A DNA stretch of 64,000 nt from an uncultured Candidatus Bathyarchaeia archaeon (GCA_964503065.1 CAZCYX010000002.1:118-64117), one strand, 5' to 3'; counted from the stretch's first letter, positions 19,685 through 29,456 are shown. Numbers and translations: made by a program. The notes: generated by a model not told the origin, from the letters alone.

Positions 19685-20896
19685 CTATTCGGCAGACTTC
19701 GGAATGGCTTCGAGGGCTTGTATGAAACCTTCTGGCGTTATGTCGATGCGGATTCTTCTTCGTTCAAAGTTGCACATCCTACAGTCTAAAATTCTTGCGA
19801 CCCTAACAAATTCTCCTCTGTTGGCTTCCAAGTCTACCTGCTGATCTTGCCAATAAACACGTCCATAATCGATTATTATTGTTCCATCAAGGTTGTGAGC
19901 CAACCCGATTCCTCCAGCCATGTCGTAACTGTCCCACCTTTCAGCGCTCCTTTGATTTACATAAAGTCCAGTTACTCCATGCAATTGGTTGTATCTTGCA
20001 AGTTCCATAACACGATATTTTAAGGCGCCTCGGTAAGCTTCTAAAACTGTTACAGAGTCAATTATAGCTAATTCTATTCGCTCTTTCTCAACGACATACC
20101 GATATGTCTCAGCAAAAGTTGTCCACTCCCTCAGTTCGGGATACATAACTGTATCAAGCACATACAGATTCTCCTTAACCTCATCCCAATCCAACTTCAG
20201 AATATCCGCCTTCTGCTTCATACGAGACTGCAAGTCGAAACGAGGAGTAGCACTTTTCCAAGTATCTTCCGCTGTGGCAAAAAGGGTCTTCTTACCAGCA
20301 GCCGCAACCTTCACTCCGACTTCTTCGACCAAAATGGACTTACCAGCCCCTGGAAGCCCAGTAATAGCGAATTGCCCACAGATGGGCACTCCATTCAACG
20401 TTTCTCCTTCCGGCGCCAAGAATAGTTGATCAATGAAAGTTCCAGTCGGCAATCCAATAAGGGGCTTTTTTGCTTCAGGCGCCACATCGGGACGAAGAAC
20501 GAAAGTGCTTAGTTTCTTTTCTTTTCTTTCAATTTCTGTTTTCATGGGTTTTGTGGCAAGTTCCCATTCGTCAGCGGGCTCTCGGGCTCCTTTCATGGCT
20601 TCAGCTAGAGTCTTCGCCATCGCCTTCATTACCTTCTCTACTTCAGGCGGAGCTTCAGATTTTATTTCAGGAGGACTTGGCGGAGCAACTTCCCTCGAAA
20701 CAACTGCTTCAGAAACGACGAGAACCCACATCTCACCCTTCCTATCTACGATACCCTTTGACCTCAAGGATTGAAGGAAGGCATAAGCAGAAGTTGGTCC
20801 ATACTTTGGCACTCCTAAGTCTTCAGAAATTTGGTCTAAAGAGGCTTGACCTTTGTGATCTTTTAAAAATTCTACGATGTCTTTCTCTTCAACCAT
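19685..20896 (-). CDS. KaiC/RecA-superfamily (RAD55-like) ATPase with N-terminal winged helix
   Basis: Walker A GLPGAGKS, Walker B IIDS, AGGIGLAHNLDGTI; N-terminal wHTH and Pro/Glu linker. Confidence 0.85.
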   Translation of the reverse strand: MVEEKDIVEFLKDHKGQASLDQISEDLGVPKYGPTSAYAFLQSLRSKGIVDRKGEMWVLVVSEAVVSREVAPPSPPEIKSEAPPEVEKVMKAMAKTLAEAMKGAREPADEWELATKPMKTEIERKEKKLSTFVLRPDVAPEAKKPLIGLPTGTFIDQLFLAPEGETLNGVPICGQFAITGLPGAGKSILVEEVGVKVAAAGKKTLFATAEDTWKSATPRFDLQSRMKQKADILKLDWDEVKENLYVLDTVMYPELREWTTFAETYRYVVEKERIELAIIDSVTVLEAYRGALKYRVMELARYNQLHGVTGLYVNQRSAERWDSYDMAGGIGLAHNLDGTIIIDYGRVYWQDQQVDLEANRGEFVRVARILDCRMCNFERRRIRIDITPEGFIQALEAIPKSAE

Positions 20897-21204
20897 TCAG
20901 GTTTCCTCAACTGTTTATGCTAATTACTCCGTACTATAAAGTTTCTTTTGTTCCTGAACAAGCAGATTTGGGGGTTTCATTTTCTGAGAGAGAAAGGAGA
21001 GAAATTCAAAAATGCTGTTCATCAACCCCCATTTATTAAATTGGGATTCGAACATTTAAACCCAGAGATTAGAACAGAGCGTTCCACTTTTCGAACAGAA
21101 AAAATACCGGATACTAACAACTTCACATGTATGCCCTATGGGTATCAGTAGCTTTAATAGTTAAAGGATTGAGATGTTAGATTTCAAATAAAGAGGAATA
21201 AAAT

Positions 21205-21561
21205 ATGTCTCACACTATCTGTCATTTAGAAATTCCTACAACTGATGTGAAAAAGTCTGGAGAGTTCTACAAGAAGCTATTTGACTGGAAAATAGATTAT
21301 GGCTGGGGCAAAGACTATGCAACCTTTAGCACCGGAGAAGGACAATTAGGTGGAGGGTTGGACAGTGGTGAACAAGCTCGCTCACTACGCAAAATAATCA
21401 TTTACATCCAAGTTGATGACATCAATGCAGTGCTTGAGAAGGCTGTGAAGCTTGGCGCAAAAAAGGTAAAAGCGAAAACAGAGATTCCAAATGTAGGCTG
21501 GTTCGGTCTCTTCACCGACTTGGACGGAAACACCATAGGCTTATTCACTCCAAAGGAATAA
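21205..21561 (+). CDS. VOC/glyoxalase-family protein
   Basis: ICHLEIP, FYKKLFDW, YIQVDDI, FTDLDGNTIGL. Confidence 0.88.
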   Translation: MSHTICHLEIPTTDVKKSGEFYKKLFDWKIDYGWGKDYATFSTGEGQLGGGLDSGEQARSLRKIIIYIQVDDINAVLEKAVKLGAKKVKAKTEIPNVGWFGLFTDLDGNTIGLFTPKE

Positions 21562-21664
21562 GCCAACTCATATTTTGTATACAGCCTCAGTGTGCTTCTT
21601 CTGCTACAAGTCTGTGACTATTTACGCAAATATATCATAGGTTAAAAACAGCTAGCGTTTGTAC

Positions 21665-22129
21665 TTAGGTTGTTTTGACAAGTACGGTCTCCCCGTATCT
21701 CCTGAACTTTTCGCCTCCTTTAGCCATTTCTAAACCCATAGCCACCTTCTTCTCTGAGATTTTCCTTATGTAAGAACGCCAACATATTCCTTCATATTCT
21801 TTTGGCAACGGTTCTACCTTAATGTCGAATCTGATCTCGTTGTTGTTTCTAGCGTATTCGATTTCGTTGTTAACGAATCCGTAGGAGTAGAAGGATTTTC
21901 GCTTGAACTTCTGTTCATTCTTGTCGTAGAAAAGCAGACTGACACTCTTGTTAACTAAGCGTCCTTCATTCCAAGCCTCATGTTTTCCCATGATGAACTT
22001 CTTGCTGGGCTCAATAGAAAAGATAGCTACACTCTCGGTCACACCTTTCTCGCCAAACTCATCCTTTGATGTGCCCTTCCATTCACCAGCGAGAAATTGC
22101 CATTCTTCTAAGGGAGAACCTGAACTCAT
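21665..22129 (-). CDS. Hypothetical beta-barrel-like protein (DUF1579-like)
   Basis: FLAGEWKG N-terminal motif; likely start MSSGS at 22129. Confidence 0.6.
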   Translation of the reverse strand: MSSGSPLEEWQFLAGEWKGTSKDEFGEKGVTESVAIFSIEPSKKFIMGKHEAWNEGRLVNKSVSLLFYDKNEQKFKRKSFYSYGFVNNEIEYARNNNEIRFDIKVEPLPKEYEGICWRSYIRKISEKKVAMGLEMAKGGEKFRRYGETVLVKTT

Positions 22130-22293
22130 ATTGTGCGCACACCAGAACGGAGGAGTAGAGAACGTGTAGAAATAAACTTTTTGTATGCGACTTGATGAAC
22201 GGTAATAGTGCAAGAATTAAAACATAACCTTTAACAGCAACGTCCACTCCACATTAGAAGACACTTAAAATACAATGAAAGGAGAATAACAAC

Positions 22294-22404
22294 ATGCCAA
22301 CATGGGTATGTACAGAATGCAAAACTGAATACACTGGTAGATGTCGACAAACAAAATGCTCAAACTGTGGTGCACCGAAAGAAAAACACGTAAAGAAGGC
22401 TTAA
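22294..22404 (+). CDS. Rubredoxin-like microprotein (RCKP-type), 36 aa MPTWVCTECKTEYTGRCRQTKCSNCGAPKEKHVKKA
   Basis: Manually translated; AAGGAGA RBS; W-x-C-x-x-C and C-x-x-CG pairs; ends 4 bp before the next gene. Confidence 0.75.
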   Translation: MPTWVCTECKTEYTGRCRQTKCSNCGAPKEKHVKKA

Positions 22405-22408
22405 TCAC

Positions 22409-22885
22409 ATGGCTGCAACAGACGTAGCCAGTCTTGTCGGCTACTGTGGCCTCTACTGCAATGCCTGTGGCATCCGCCAACAAAAAATTAAAACAGCCGT
22501 CAACAACCTACGGGGTATCATTGCCACTTATGGCTTCGACAAAATCATGCCAGAACTCGCCAAATGGGAACCAAGCTTCAAACACTATAAAGAATTCGAC
22601 CAAGTTATGGATGGGCTAGTCAAGCTTTTCGGCGAGTGCCCAGGATGCCTTCAAGGCGGAGGCGACCCAAACTGCAAAGTACGATCCTGCGCAAAAGAGA
22701 AAGGTTATCGCACCTGCGCCGAATGTAATAAAGCTGAAATCTGTGAACCGTTGGCTCCTTATCGCAAAGGCTACGAGGGGCTTACACCAGCGCTCCAAAA
22801 CATAAGAAAAGGCGGCATCAATAAATATGCTGAAGAAATGGAGAAAAAAGTAGCTAAGGGATACAGCTACCTAGAAGAACGCTAA
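22409..22885 (+). CDS. DUF3795-family Cys-rich protein
   Basis: VGYCGLYCNAC, CPGCLQGGG...C.VRSCA, CAEC. Confidence 0.82.
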   Translation: MAATDVASLVGYCGLYCNACGIRQQKIKTAVNNLRGIIATYGFDKIMPELAKWEPSFKHYKEFDQVMDGLVKLFGECPGCLQGGGDPNCKVRSCAKEKGYRTCAECNKAEICEPLAPYRKGYEGLTPALQNIRKGGINKYAEEMEKKVAKGYSYLEER

Positions 22886-22984
22886 TAACCTTTTTTTCTC
22901 ATCTTACTTTTTCTTGACGATTCATATAATCCGCGCTTTTGCTTCGTCTTTATAACTAAAGGGCAGTATCAACAACAAAGCTTC

Positions 22985-24475
22985 CTATGGACCACCATCA
23001 ATAAGACTTGAAAGATACTCCGCGGCAGGTGTCATAAATTCCAATAGAAGGCCGGGCAAGATTCCCAACAGTATGGAGGTTGCCGCCAAGATCAATGTCG
23101 GAATACGTAGCAGTAGAGGTGTATCTTTTACGTTGCTCAGATTCTTAGGAACTGGACCAAAGGATATTGACCACAGGAACCGCAAATAGTATCCTGCGGT
23201 AATCATGGTACTAACGGCGCCTATGAACGTGATTAAGGTTTTTCCAGAGGAAATTCCTCCTCCGAAGATCATCCACTCGCTCCAGAAGCCGTTCAATGGA
23301 GGAATTCCAACCAAGCTGAGGGCGCCTATGAAGCATGCGATAGTTGTTGTCGGCATCTTCTGGATGAGCCCTCCTAACTTTCTGATGTCCCGTGTTCCTG
23401 TTTGTCGTGCAATCGAACCAACACACATAAAGAGGAGACTCTTGCAGATGGCATGACTGACGATGTGTAGGAGCCCACCCTTGATCCCTAATGTGGAGGT
23501 GGTTCCGAATCCGAAAAGGATGTAACCCATTTGACTTATGCTTGAGAAGGCTAGTAGCCGCTTCATGTCAGTCTGTGCTAGAGCCATGACCCCGCCATAA
23601 ATCATTGTAATTATCCCTGGGATTACCAAGAAATCTGAAGTTTGCAGTACAGTTTGACCGAATGTCAAAAAGATGATTCTAACAATTCCATAAGCCCCAC
23701 ATTTTATCGCGAGCCCTGATAGCATGACAGCCACTGGTGTAGGGGCCTCCGAATATGTATCAGGTAACCAAGCGTGAACTGGAAACACAGCCATTTTAAC
23801 GAAGAATCCGAACAGTAACAACGTGAATATTACAGGTAGGATATTTAACGGGATTAAGCTGGACCTTAAAGGTAACAGCATAAGTTCAAATGTTCCAGTA
23901 GACACATAGATCAAGAGAATCCCCAAGAGCATCGAAAGCGCTCCAACATGGCTAAATATGAAGTATTTGAACCCTATACTCACTCTCTTATCAGATTCTC
24001 CCCAGAACGCTATCAGAAAGTATGATGGGATCAGCATTAACTCCCAGAACAAGTAAAACTGTATGAGATCCTCAGACAATATCACTCCAATCATACCCGT
24101 GGCAAAGAGCAATAGACAAGCGTAATAGATGGCTCGATCTGGTCTACTCTCCATATACTTGATTGAATACAAACATGAAACCACACTGACAAAGGCAACA
24201 ATTAATCCTATGGGCAAGCTGACCATGTCTATTAAGAAGCCAAGGTTTACGCTAATTGGCTCTATCCAACTATACGTGAACAATAGTGGACCTTTTCCAG
24301 TCCGGTAGTTTTCGATGAGTTGAGGCACCATGCTAAGAATTAACAAGAAGGAAACGGATGTCGCTGCCGTTGCCAGCCATCCTATGCCTTCTCTTAACCA
24401 CTTTCTAGTAAGATAGATAAGGATGCCTGTAACTGCGGGAATAATGGTCGCTAAAGCTGCGGCATAGGGGATCAT
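22985..24475 (-). CDS. NuoM/MrpD-like antiporter-type membrane subunit
   Basis: FWELMLIP, KMAVFPVHAWLPD, KCGAYG, SHAICKSLLF, PPLNGFWSEW. Confidence 0.88.
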   Translation of the reverse strand: MIPYAAALATIIPAVTGILIYLTRKWLREGIGWLATAATSVSFLLILSMVPQLIENYRTGKGPLLFTYSWIEPISVNLGFLIDMVSLPIGLIVAFVSVVSCLYSIKYMESRPDRAIYYACLLLFATGMIGVILSEDLIQFYLFWELMLIPSYFLIAFWGESDKRVSIGFKYFIFSHVGALSMLLGILLIYVSTGTFELMLLPLRSSLIPLNILPVIFTLLLFGFFVKMAVFPVHAWLPDTYSEAPTPVAVMLSGLAIKCGAYGIVRIIFLTFGQTVLQTSDFLVIPGIITMIYGGVMALAQTDMKRLLAFSSISQMGYILFGFGTTSTLGIKGGLLHIVSHAICKSLLFMCVGSIARQTGTRDIRKLGGLIQKMPTTTIACFIGALSLVGIPPLNGFWSEWMIFGGGISSGKTLITFIGAVSTMITAGYYLRFLWSISFGPVPKNLSNVKDTPLLLRIPTLILAATSILLGILPGLLLEFMTPAAEYLSSLIDGGP

Positions 24476-24487
24476 GTGAAACCCCTC

Positions 24488-26584
24488 TTAGAAGAAGCCT
24501 CCAAGGAAAAGTAATAGAAAGGATAGCAAGGCTATGCCAAGAGAAACTGCCAGCATATTATAAGACAAAATACCTGTATGGGTCTTCCTGAGCTTTTGTG
24601 AAAGATTAGCCATGCGTTTGGCAAAGCTGTAGTTGAAGGCGTCAAAGCCCTTAAGTTCAATGTGTACGTGAACCCAGTGTGAAAACGACTCTGCCCACTG
24701 TGCCATATCGTGATAAACTTCGCTAAAGCCACTAAACTCCAGTTTTTCTATGCCCTCAAGTTCTAAGTACCTATAACAGGCTTGAGATATCTTAACTGCA
24801 CCGTTAGCAAGCTTATAATATAACGCATCAATGTAACACCGATTCCAGAGGAAACCATATGCCTTTTTCAAGAATCCTCTAGTCTCAGTCAACTTCACAG
24901 GATCACTTTCTCGGCTGACATAAAGTCGATAAGCAGGTAAAATTCCAACTAACAAAACTACACCTGTCACTGCAGTGGCTGGTGAAAATAACGCTTCTGC
25001 AATAATGTCAACAGGTCCCCCGTGAGTAGTCATTCGTCCAGGCAATACGGGTGAGAAGAATTCACGAAAGCCCAGTATGATGAATGGTGCAGAGACCCCT
25101 ATAATCACGGTTATAAGAGCCGCAATCGACATGGGAATCCACATAGTAGTTGGCACTTCATTAACAGTTTTCTTTTCAAGTATATCCTCATCTCTGACCT
25201 CTCCAAAAACCCGCGCCATCATACGAATTGTAAAGAACGCAGTGATCATAGTCGTTATCATCAAGAGTGCGTAAAGACCAAATGCAGAGATGGCTAATGA
25301 AAAATCTCCATGTGCACTTGCCTCGTGCACCAGTTTTAAGGTTGTTCCGCTGATGGCTTCTTCGCTCCAAAATCCACTCAAAGGAGGAATTCCTATCAAC
25401 GCCAAAGCACCAACAGTCATACATTTAAATGTGGTAGGCATCTTGTTTCTGACTTGCCTAGGCATTTCAAACATGTTCTGTGAGCCAGTTGCGTAGAGAA
25501 GTGACGCCGCACAAAGGAACAGAAGAGCAGACGATACAGCATCTACCATCAAATGCATATTGGCTGCGATATATCCAAGAACTGGATTCTCCATCAATCC
25601 TCCGACACCCAAACCAACCATCACGAAGGCATACTGGCTTATGATAGAGTACACCAAGACCCGTATCACATTCCTTTCAACCATTGCCATCAACGCAGCT
25701 AACAACGCAGTGAATGCCCCTATCCATGCAACCGTAGAGAAGAAGAAAGCCAACTCCACACATTCAGTCCTTAATGGTTGCAGCATTGGCAGAAATCTAG
25801 CAACCAAGAATGCACCCGCTAGCACCTCTGTGAGAGCATTAAATGAAGCTGGAGAAGATGGCAGAGCATCCGGTAGCCACACATGCAGTGGGAAAAGTGC
25901 AGACTTTGCTATGGCACCACCAAAAAGCATCATCATAGTGATAAGTAGGAGTCCTGAGTTTGACAAATCAACGATCCAGCTTCCATTCTGTTGCAGGTCA
26001 TATAGCAAGTCGTATAGACTGAAAGTGTTTGAATGGGCGTATATTATCAGAATAGAAATTAGGAGAAGGATATCCCCAACACGAAGTATCAAGAATGTTT
26101 TAAGACCGTAATGAGCCTTCTCTGGATCTTGATGCCAGAAAGCAACCAGAGCAGAGCAAGAGACACCAACGATCTCCCAACCGATAAACAACAAAAGAAG
26201 ATTGTCAGCCACTACAACGAGAACCAACCCACCTATGAAGAGCTGTATGAGAAACCAGTACCTACTGAGACTTGGGTCACGTCGCATATATTCAACAGAG
26301 AAAACAGCAACCAGCAAGCCTATTCCATTGACCACACATGCCATGAGCACACTCAATGGATCGACTAATATCCCTAGCTCTAAATGGAACCATGAGATCC
26401 GCCAAGGAAGGATGTTTCCAGCGAAAATATCTGGGATCATCGAGAAGGAGAAGAGGGTACCAATCCCAACAGATGCCACAGCCAAGTAGTCTCTAAACCT
26501 AGACTGTCCCTTTTTGAACATCAAGGAAAGAAAGCTTCCCACGATGGGAAACACCCAACAAAGCCATGGCGCATATGGAAACAA
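24488..26584 (-). CDS. NuoL/MrpA-like antiporter-type membrane subunit (non-canonical residues)
   Basis: GWEIVG, LRVGD, AKSALFPLHVWLPDA, C-terminal THTGILSYN lateral-helix end. Confidence 0.85.
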   Translation of the reverse strand: MFPYAPWLCWVFPIVGSFLSLMFKKGQSRFRDYLAVASVGIGTLFSFSMIPDIFAGNILPWRISWFHLELGILVDPLSVLMACVVNGIGLLVAVFSVEYMRRDPSLSRYWFLIQLFIGGLVLVVVADNLLLLFIGWEIVGVSCSALVAFWHQDPEKAHYGLKTFLILRVGDILLLISILIIYAHSNTFSLYDLLYDLQQNGSWIVDLSNSGLLLITMMMLFGGAIAKSALFPLHVWLPDALPSSPASFNALTEVLAGAFLVARFLPMLQPLRTECVELAFFFSTVAWIGAFTALLAALMAMVERNVIRVLVYSIISQYAFVMVGLGVGGLMENPVLGYIAANMHLMVDAVSSALLFLCAASLLYATGSQNMFEMPRQVRNKMPTTFKCMTVGALALIGIPPLSGFWSEEAISGTTLKLVHEASAHGDFSLAISAFGLYALLMITTMITAFFTIRMMARVFGEVRDEDILEKKTVNEVPTTMWIPMSIAALITVIIGVSAPFIILGFREFFSPVLPGRMTTHGGPVDIIAEALFSPATAVTGVVLLVGILPAYRLYVSRESDPVKLTETRGFLKKAYGFLWNRCYIDALYYKLANGAVKISQACYRYLELEGIEKLEFSGFSEVYHDMAQWAESFSHWVHVHIELKGFDAFNYSFAKRMANLSQKLRKTHTGILSYNMLAVSLGIALLSFLLLFLGGFF

Positions 26585-26605
26585 TAACAGACCACTTATT
26601 CTAAC

Positions 26606-26640
26606 TATTTAAATGTTAATAACGTTTTAATAATTTATAA
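26606..26640 (-). promoter_or_regulatory. TATA box plus 17-bp palindromic operator, copy 1 (nuoL/nuoM-like operon)
   Basis: 31/35 identical to 29422-29456; AAATGTTA-A-TAACGTTT at 26611-26627; minus-strand TTATAAAT at 26633-26640. Confidence 0.7.
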
Positions 26641-26867
26641 TAAAGCTCTAAACCACAGTGGAGGAGCATGCATGTTGTTATTCCGAGATATCATCACAGT
26701 AGAGTATCCAACAGGTCAAAACAAAAAACAGTTTGGGTCGAATCTAAACTCGTAGGTGTTTCTCCTGATATTATACATTTATATCATACTCGAACTTGCC
26801 TAGAAAAATAAAGCAAACATTCCAAAGTATGCGCTAAAAAAACTTCTGCGTGCATGCGCGCAATAAG

Positions 26868-27293
26868 CTACTTCACCAATAAGACTGGGCAAGGTGCATG
26901 TCTCGTCACTCCGTCGCTTACGCTTCCCATGACAATTTCCTTTATCCTGCTTAAGCCCCTAGCGCCCATAACAATCAAATCGAATTCTCCTTCTCCGGCT
27001 GCCTTAAGTATCTCTTCAACAATATGCCCCTCCTTCAACAACGTTTTAACTTGAACTCCTTCAGCCTTACCCCTCTTTTTGCCATCCGCTAAAATGTCGG
27101 CGCCACCCTTACGAATTGATTGAATACATTTATCGAAGTATATGGATGCATGCTTGCATGCGCTAACTGAATACACATGGATTAAGGTGATTTTTCCATT
27201 AAACTTTTTAGCTATTTGAATAGCATTTTCTAAGGCTCGCATTGAACATTCGGAACCATCCAATGGGACCAAGATTTTCTCAAACAATGGCAT
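26868..27293 (-). CDS. Universal stress protein (UspA family)
   Basis: KILVPLDGS, DLIVMGARG, GSVSDGVTRHAPCPVLLV; likely start at 27293. Confidence 0.92.
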   Translation of the reverse strand: MPLFEKILVPLDGSECSMRALENAIQIAKKFNGKITLIHVYSVSACKHASIYFDKCIQSIRKGGADILADGKKRGKAEGVQVKTLLKEGHIVEEILKAAGEGEFDLIVMGARGLSRIKEIVMGSVSDGVTRHAPCPVLLVK

Positions 27294-27598
27294 CAATCCT
27301 CTGAAATGTGTGCACTCGTTTGTTGATATAACGTAAGAACTATAAATAAATGATCTTATGTTTGACAATGCTGTGAATGGCAAAATGGGCTTTTCTTTTT
27401 TTGGGTTGGTGGGGGGAAACTTGATATATTAGTGATAAACTTTTTCAAAAATATTGTTATAACCGTTATGCGCACGCTAGTATTAATCAGACCTTGCAGA
27501 AGGCACCTTCGTTTGCAACAAGTTAAATCGTACATTTTATCCTCACATTCGTGGGGCCAAATTTGGGTGACTTGAAGGCAATTTGGTCGGTAGAAAGG

Positions 27599-28198
27599 TT
27601 AAATGGCACCTAAAAGAAGGACTATGGCTATTATGAGTATTCCAGCGGCAACCGTCTGGATGCCGTATAACCAAATGTTCTCCTTCGCGATTCTTCCAAG
27701 ATAAAGACCTAAAGAAAACAACGTGGCTAAGGTGAGAATGAATGAGGCAACGTAGGCGTCCCAGATGACAAGCGTTCCCGTCAATGTGAGGATGAAGGGA
27801 ATAAGAGAGATCGCCGCCGTCAACATAGGTGATGCACCATCAATAAATGCGGCATACACGGAAACAAAGTCAGAAGCATCACTATGCACTGAGTCGCTGA
27901 GATCGGTGAGCATGGCAGTCTCGAGCGTTTTAAGATGGCTCTTTCTCTCAGCCTTTTCAGTCATGTAGGCGCCGAAAAGGCCGGACACCCCCATAGCTAG
28001 ACAGGCCCCTAACCCTGCAGTGACGATTATTTCAGGCTTTGTGACTCCCACGATCCAAGAACCTACGATGATGCCAAGTACAGTCATTGAGCCGTCAAAA
28101 CCGTTCTTGATGAAGTATCTTCTGGCAATAGGAGTCATTTGCGTAATCTGTAGATACCGTCTAATTCTCCGGAAGAAAGTTTTAACGCGTTTTATCAT
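27599..28198 (-). CDS. VIT1/CCC1-like membrane transporter
   Basis: ARRYFIKNGFDG, MGVSGLFGAYMTEKAE, TM pattern. Confidence 0.8.
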   Translation of the reverse strand: MIKRVKTFFRRIRRYLQITQMTPIARRYFIKNGFDGSMTVLGIIVGSWIVGVTKPEIIVTAGLGACLAMGVSGLFGAYMTEKAERKSHLKTLETAMLTDLSDSVHSDASDFVSVYAAFIDGASPMLTAAISLIPFILTLTGTLVIWDAYVASFILTLATLFSLGLYLGRIAKENIWLYGIQTVAAGILIIAIVLLLGAI

Positions 28199-28245
28199 GC
28201 GTTAACCACGCTGAGAAGACGGTGCTTTTCATCCTCGTCACTCAT
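28195..28245 (-). CDS. 16-aa upstream ORF (MSDEDEKHRLLSVVNA) coupled by ATGA overlap to the VIT1-like gene
   Basis: Manually translated; TTTATATTAA TATA at 28271-28280 would place the TSS near this ATG. Confidence 0.35.
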   Translation of the reverse strand: MSDEDEKHRLLSVVNA

Positions 28246-28418
28246 TTGCATTATGGCAGTACGTTTAGCTTAATATAAATCTTCACATGCCTCTAATCGC
28301 AGGTTCACGCACTTCTGAAATAAAGAAAACCAAACCAAAACATATTATTATAATACTTTCCAAAAGATTAGATTGCAGATTCTTTACATGAAAAGCTCCT
28401 GCTATAGAGGTAGTAACT

Positions 28419-29378
28419 TCATATTACGCGCAGCAGTGTATAGGAAAGCAGGTATACCAAGATGAATAACGCCCCTGCTTTCTTGTCGACTTTCTCTCTT
28501 AGTGCAAGCGTTAACACGACCACGATGGAACCAAATATCGCATACAAGCCTGTAATCAAGGCGGTCTCGCCAGATACTGCTTGTGGAAAAAAGACCTGTC
28601 CGATTCCAATGGCAACAGAAGCATCGACAATACAGCTTCCCACGACGTCTCCTATGGCAAGCTCGTATTGTTTCTTTCGGATGGCTGTCAAGTCAACCAC
28701 TAATTCTGGGAGAGATGTCCCAATCGCCATCACGAAGAAGCTAATGAGATACTCGGAAATGTGAAAAACTGCCGATAGTGTGATCACTGACTGGATCACA
28801 GCATAGGCTCCGATCGCAACGCCGGTGAAGCCTAAAATGGCTATCACCCAGTGACGAAGGTGATGAAGACGGCTTTCATCGTTACGTGCTATCACCTGCT
28901 CTTTTTCCTTGGCATTCTTTGTTGTGGCGCTTCTAGTTAATAGCATGAGGACTGGCCAACTAGCCACTAAAAAGAAGGCGTTAATCCTCGTAAAATACCC
29001 CTTTTCAGCTATTGACACTGCAAGTATGAGCGCTAAGATCTCGCAGGCCCCGATGACCAGCACCTCTTTCCTCTTCACTTTGAACCTTCCGCCTAAGAAG
29101 GGAAGGAGTCCTAATATCAAAGTCATCTGGGTCAGGACAGATCCGAGGGCGTCCCCTGCGTTTATGTCTGCGTGGCCTACCGCGCACGAGAGGATTGAGT
29201 TAACAATCTCCGGCAAATCCGTGCCTATGGACACCAGTATGAGACCAATCATAAACGGAGAAATCCTCAATGCTGAAGCGATTTTTACCGAGTGTTCAAC
29301 TGCCTTGTCGCTGGAGAAAGCCATAAGAACAATTCCTAAGACGAGACCTATTATTGCAACTATCACTTCAAAGGGCAA
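28419..29378 (-). CDS. Na+/Ca2+ exchanger family (CaCA, YrbG-like) antiporter
   Basis: Two alpha repeats SIGTDLPE and AIGTSLPE; GDVVGS. Confidence 0.88.
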   Translation of the reverse strand: MPFEVIVAIIGLVLGIVLMAFSSDKAVEHSVKIASALRISPFMIGLILVSIGTDLPEIVNSILSCAVGHADINAGDALGSVLTQMTLILGLLPFLGGRFKVKRKEVLVIGACEILALILAVSIAEKGYFTRINAFFLVASWPVLMLLTRSATTKNAKEKEQVIARNDESRLHHLRHWVIAILGFTGVAIGAYAVIQSVITLSAVFHISEYLISFFVMAIGTSLPELVVDLTAIRKKQYELAIGDVVGSCIVDASVAIGIGQVFFPQAVSGETALITGLYAIFGSIVVVLTLALREKVDKKAGALFILVYLLSYTLLRVI

Positions 29379-29421
29379 ACGAGAACACTCCCTGCAAGTG
29401 CTTATTTGGGGATCTGTTTAT

Positions 29422-29456
29422 TATTTAAACATTATTAACGTTTTAATCATTTATAA
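29422..29456 (-). promoter_or_regulatory. TATA box plus 17-bp palindromic operator, copy 2 (CaCA antiporter)
   Basis: AAACATTA-T-TAACGTTT at 29427-29443; TTATAAAT at 29449-29456; near-identical to 26606-26640. Confidence 0.7.

Noticed and set aside
21030-21065. GTTCGAATCCC on the minus strand resembling a tRNA T-loop
   Set aside because: Flanks cannot form a T-stem, and no acceptor, D or anticodon arms are present
20433-21151. Plus-strand ORFs of 113, 189 and 67 aa overlapping or upstream of the KaiC-like gene
   Set aside because: Antisense or low-complexity translations without recognisable features
22985-26584. DAB-type inorganic carbon pump or full Mrp/complex I
   Set aside because: No DUF2309 partner, no MrpB/C/E/F/G and no other Nuo subunits in the neighbourhood
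26673-26756. MLLFRDIITVEYPTG... as a NuoI-like remnant
   Set aside because: Resemblance limited to a TxEYP word; no Cys motif in any frame
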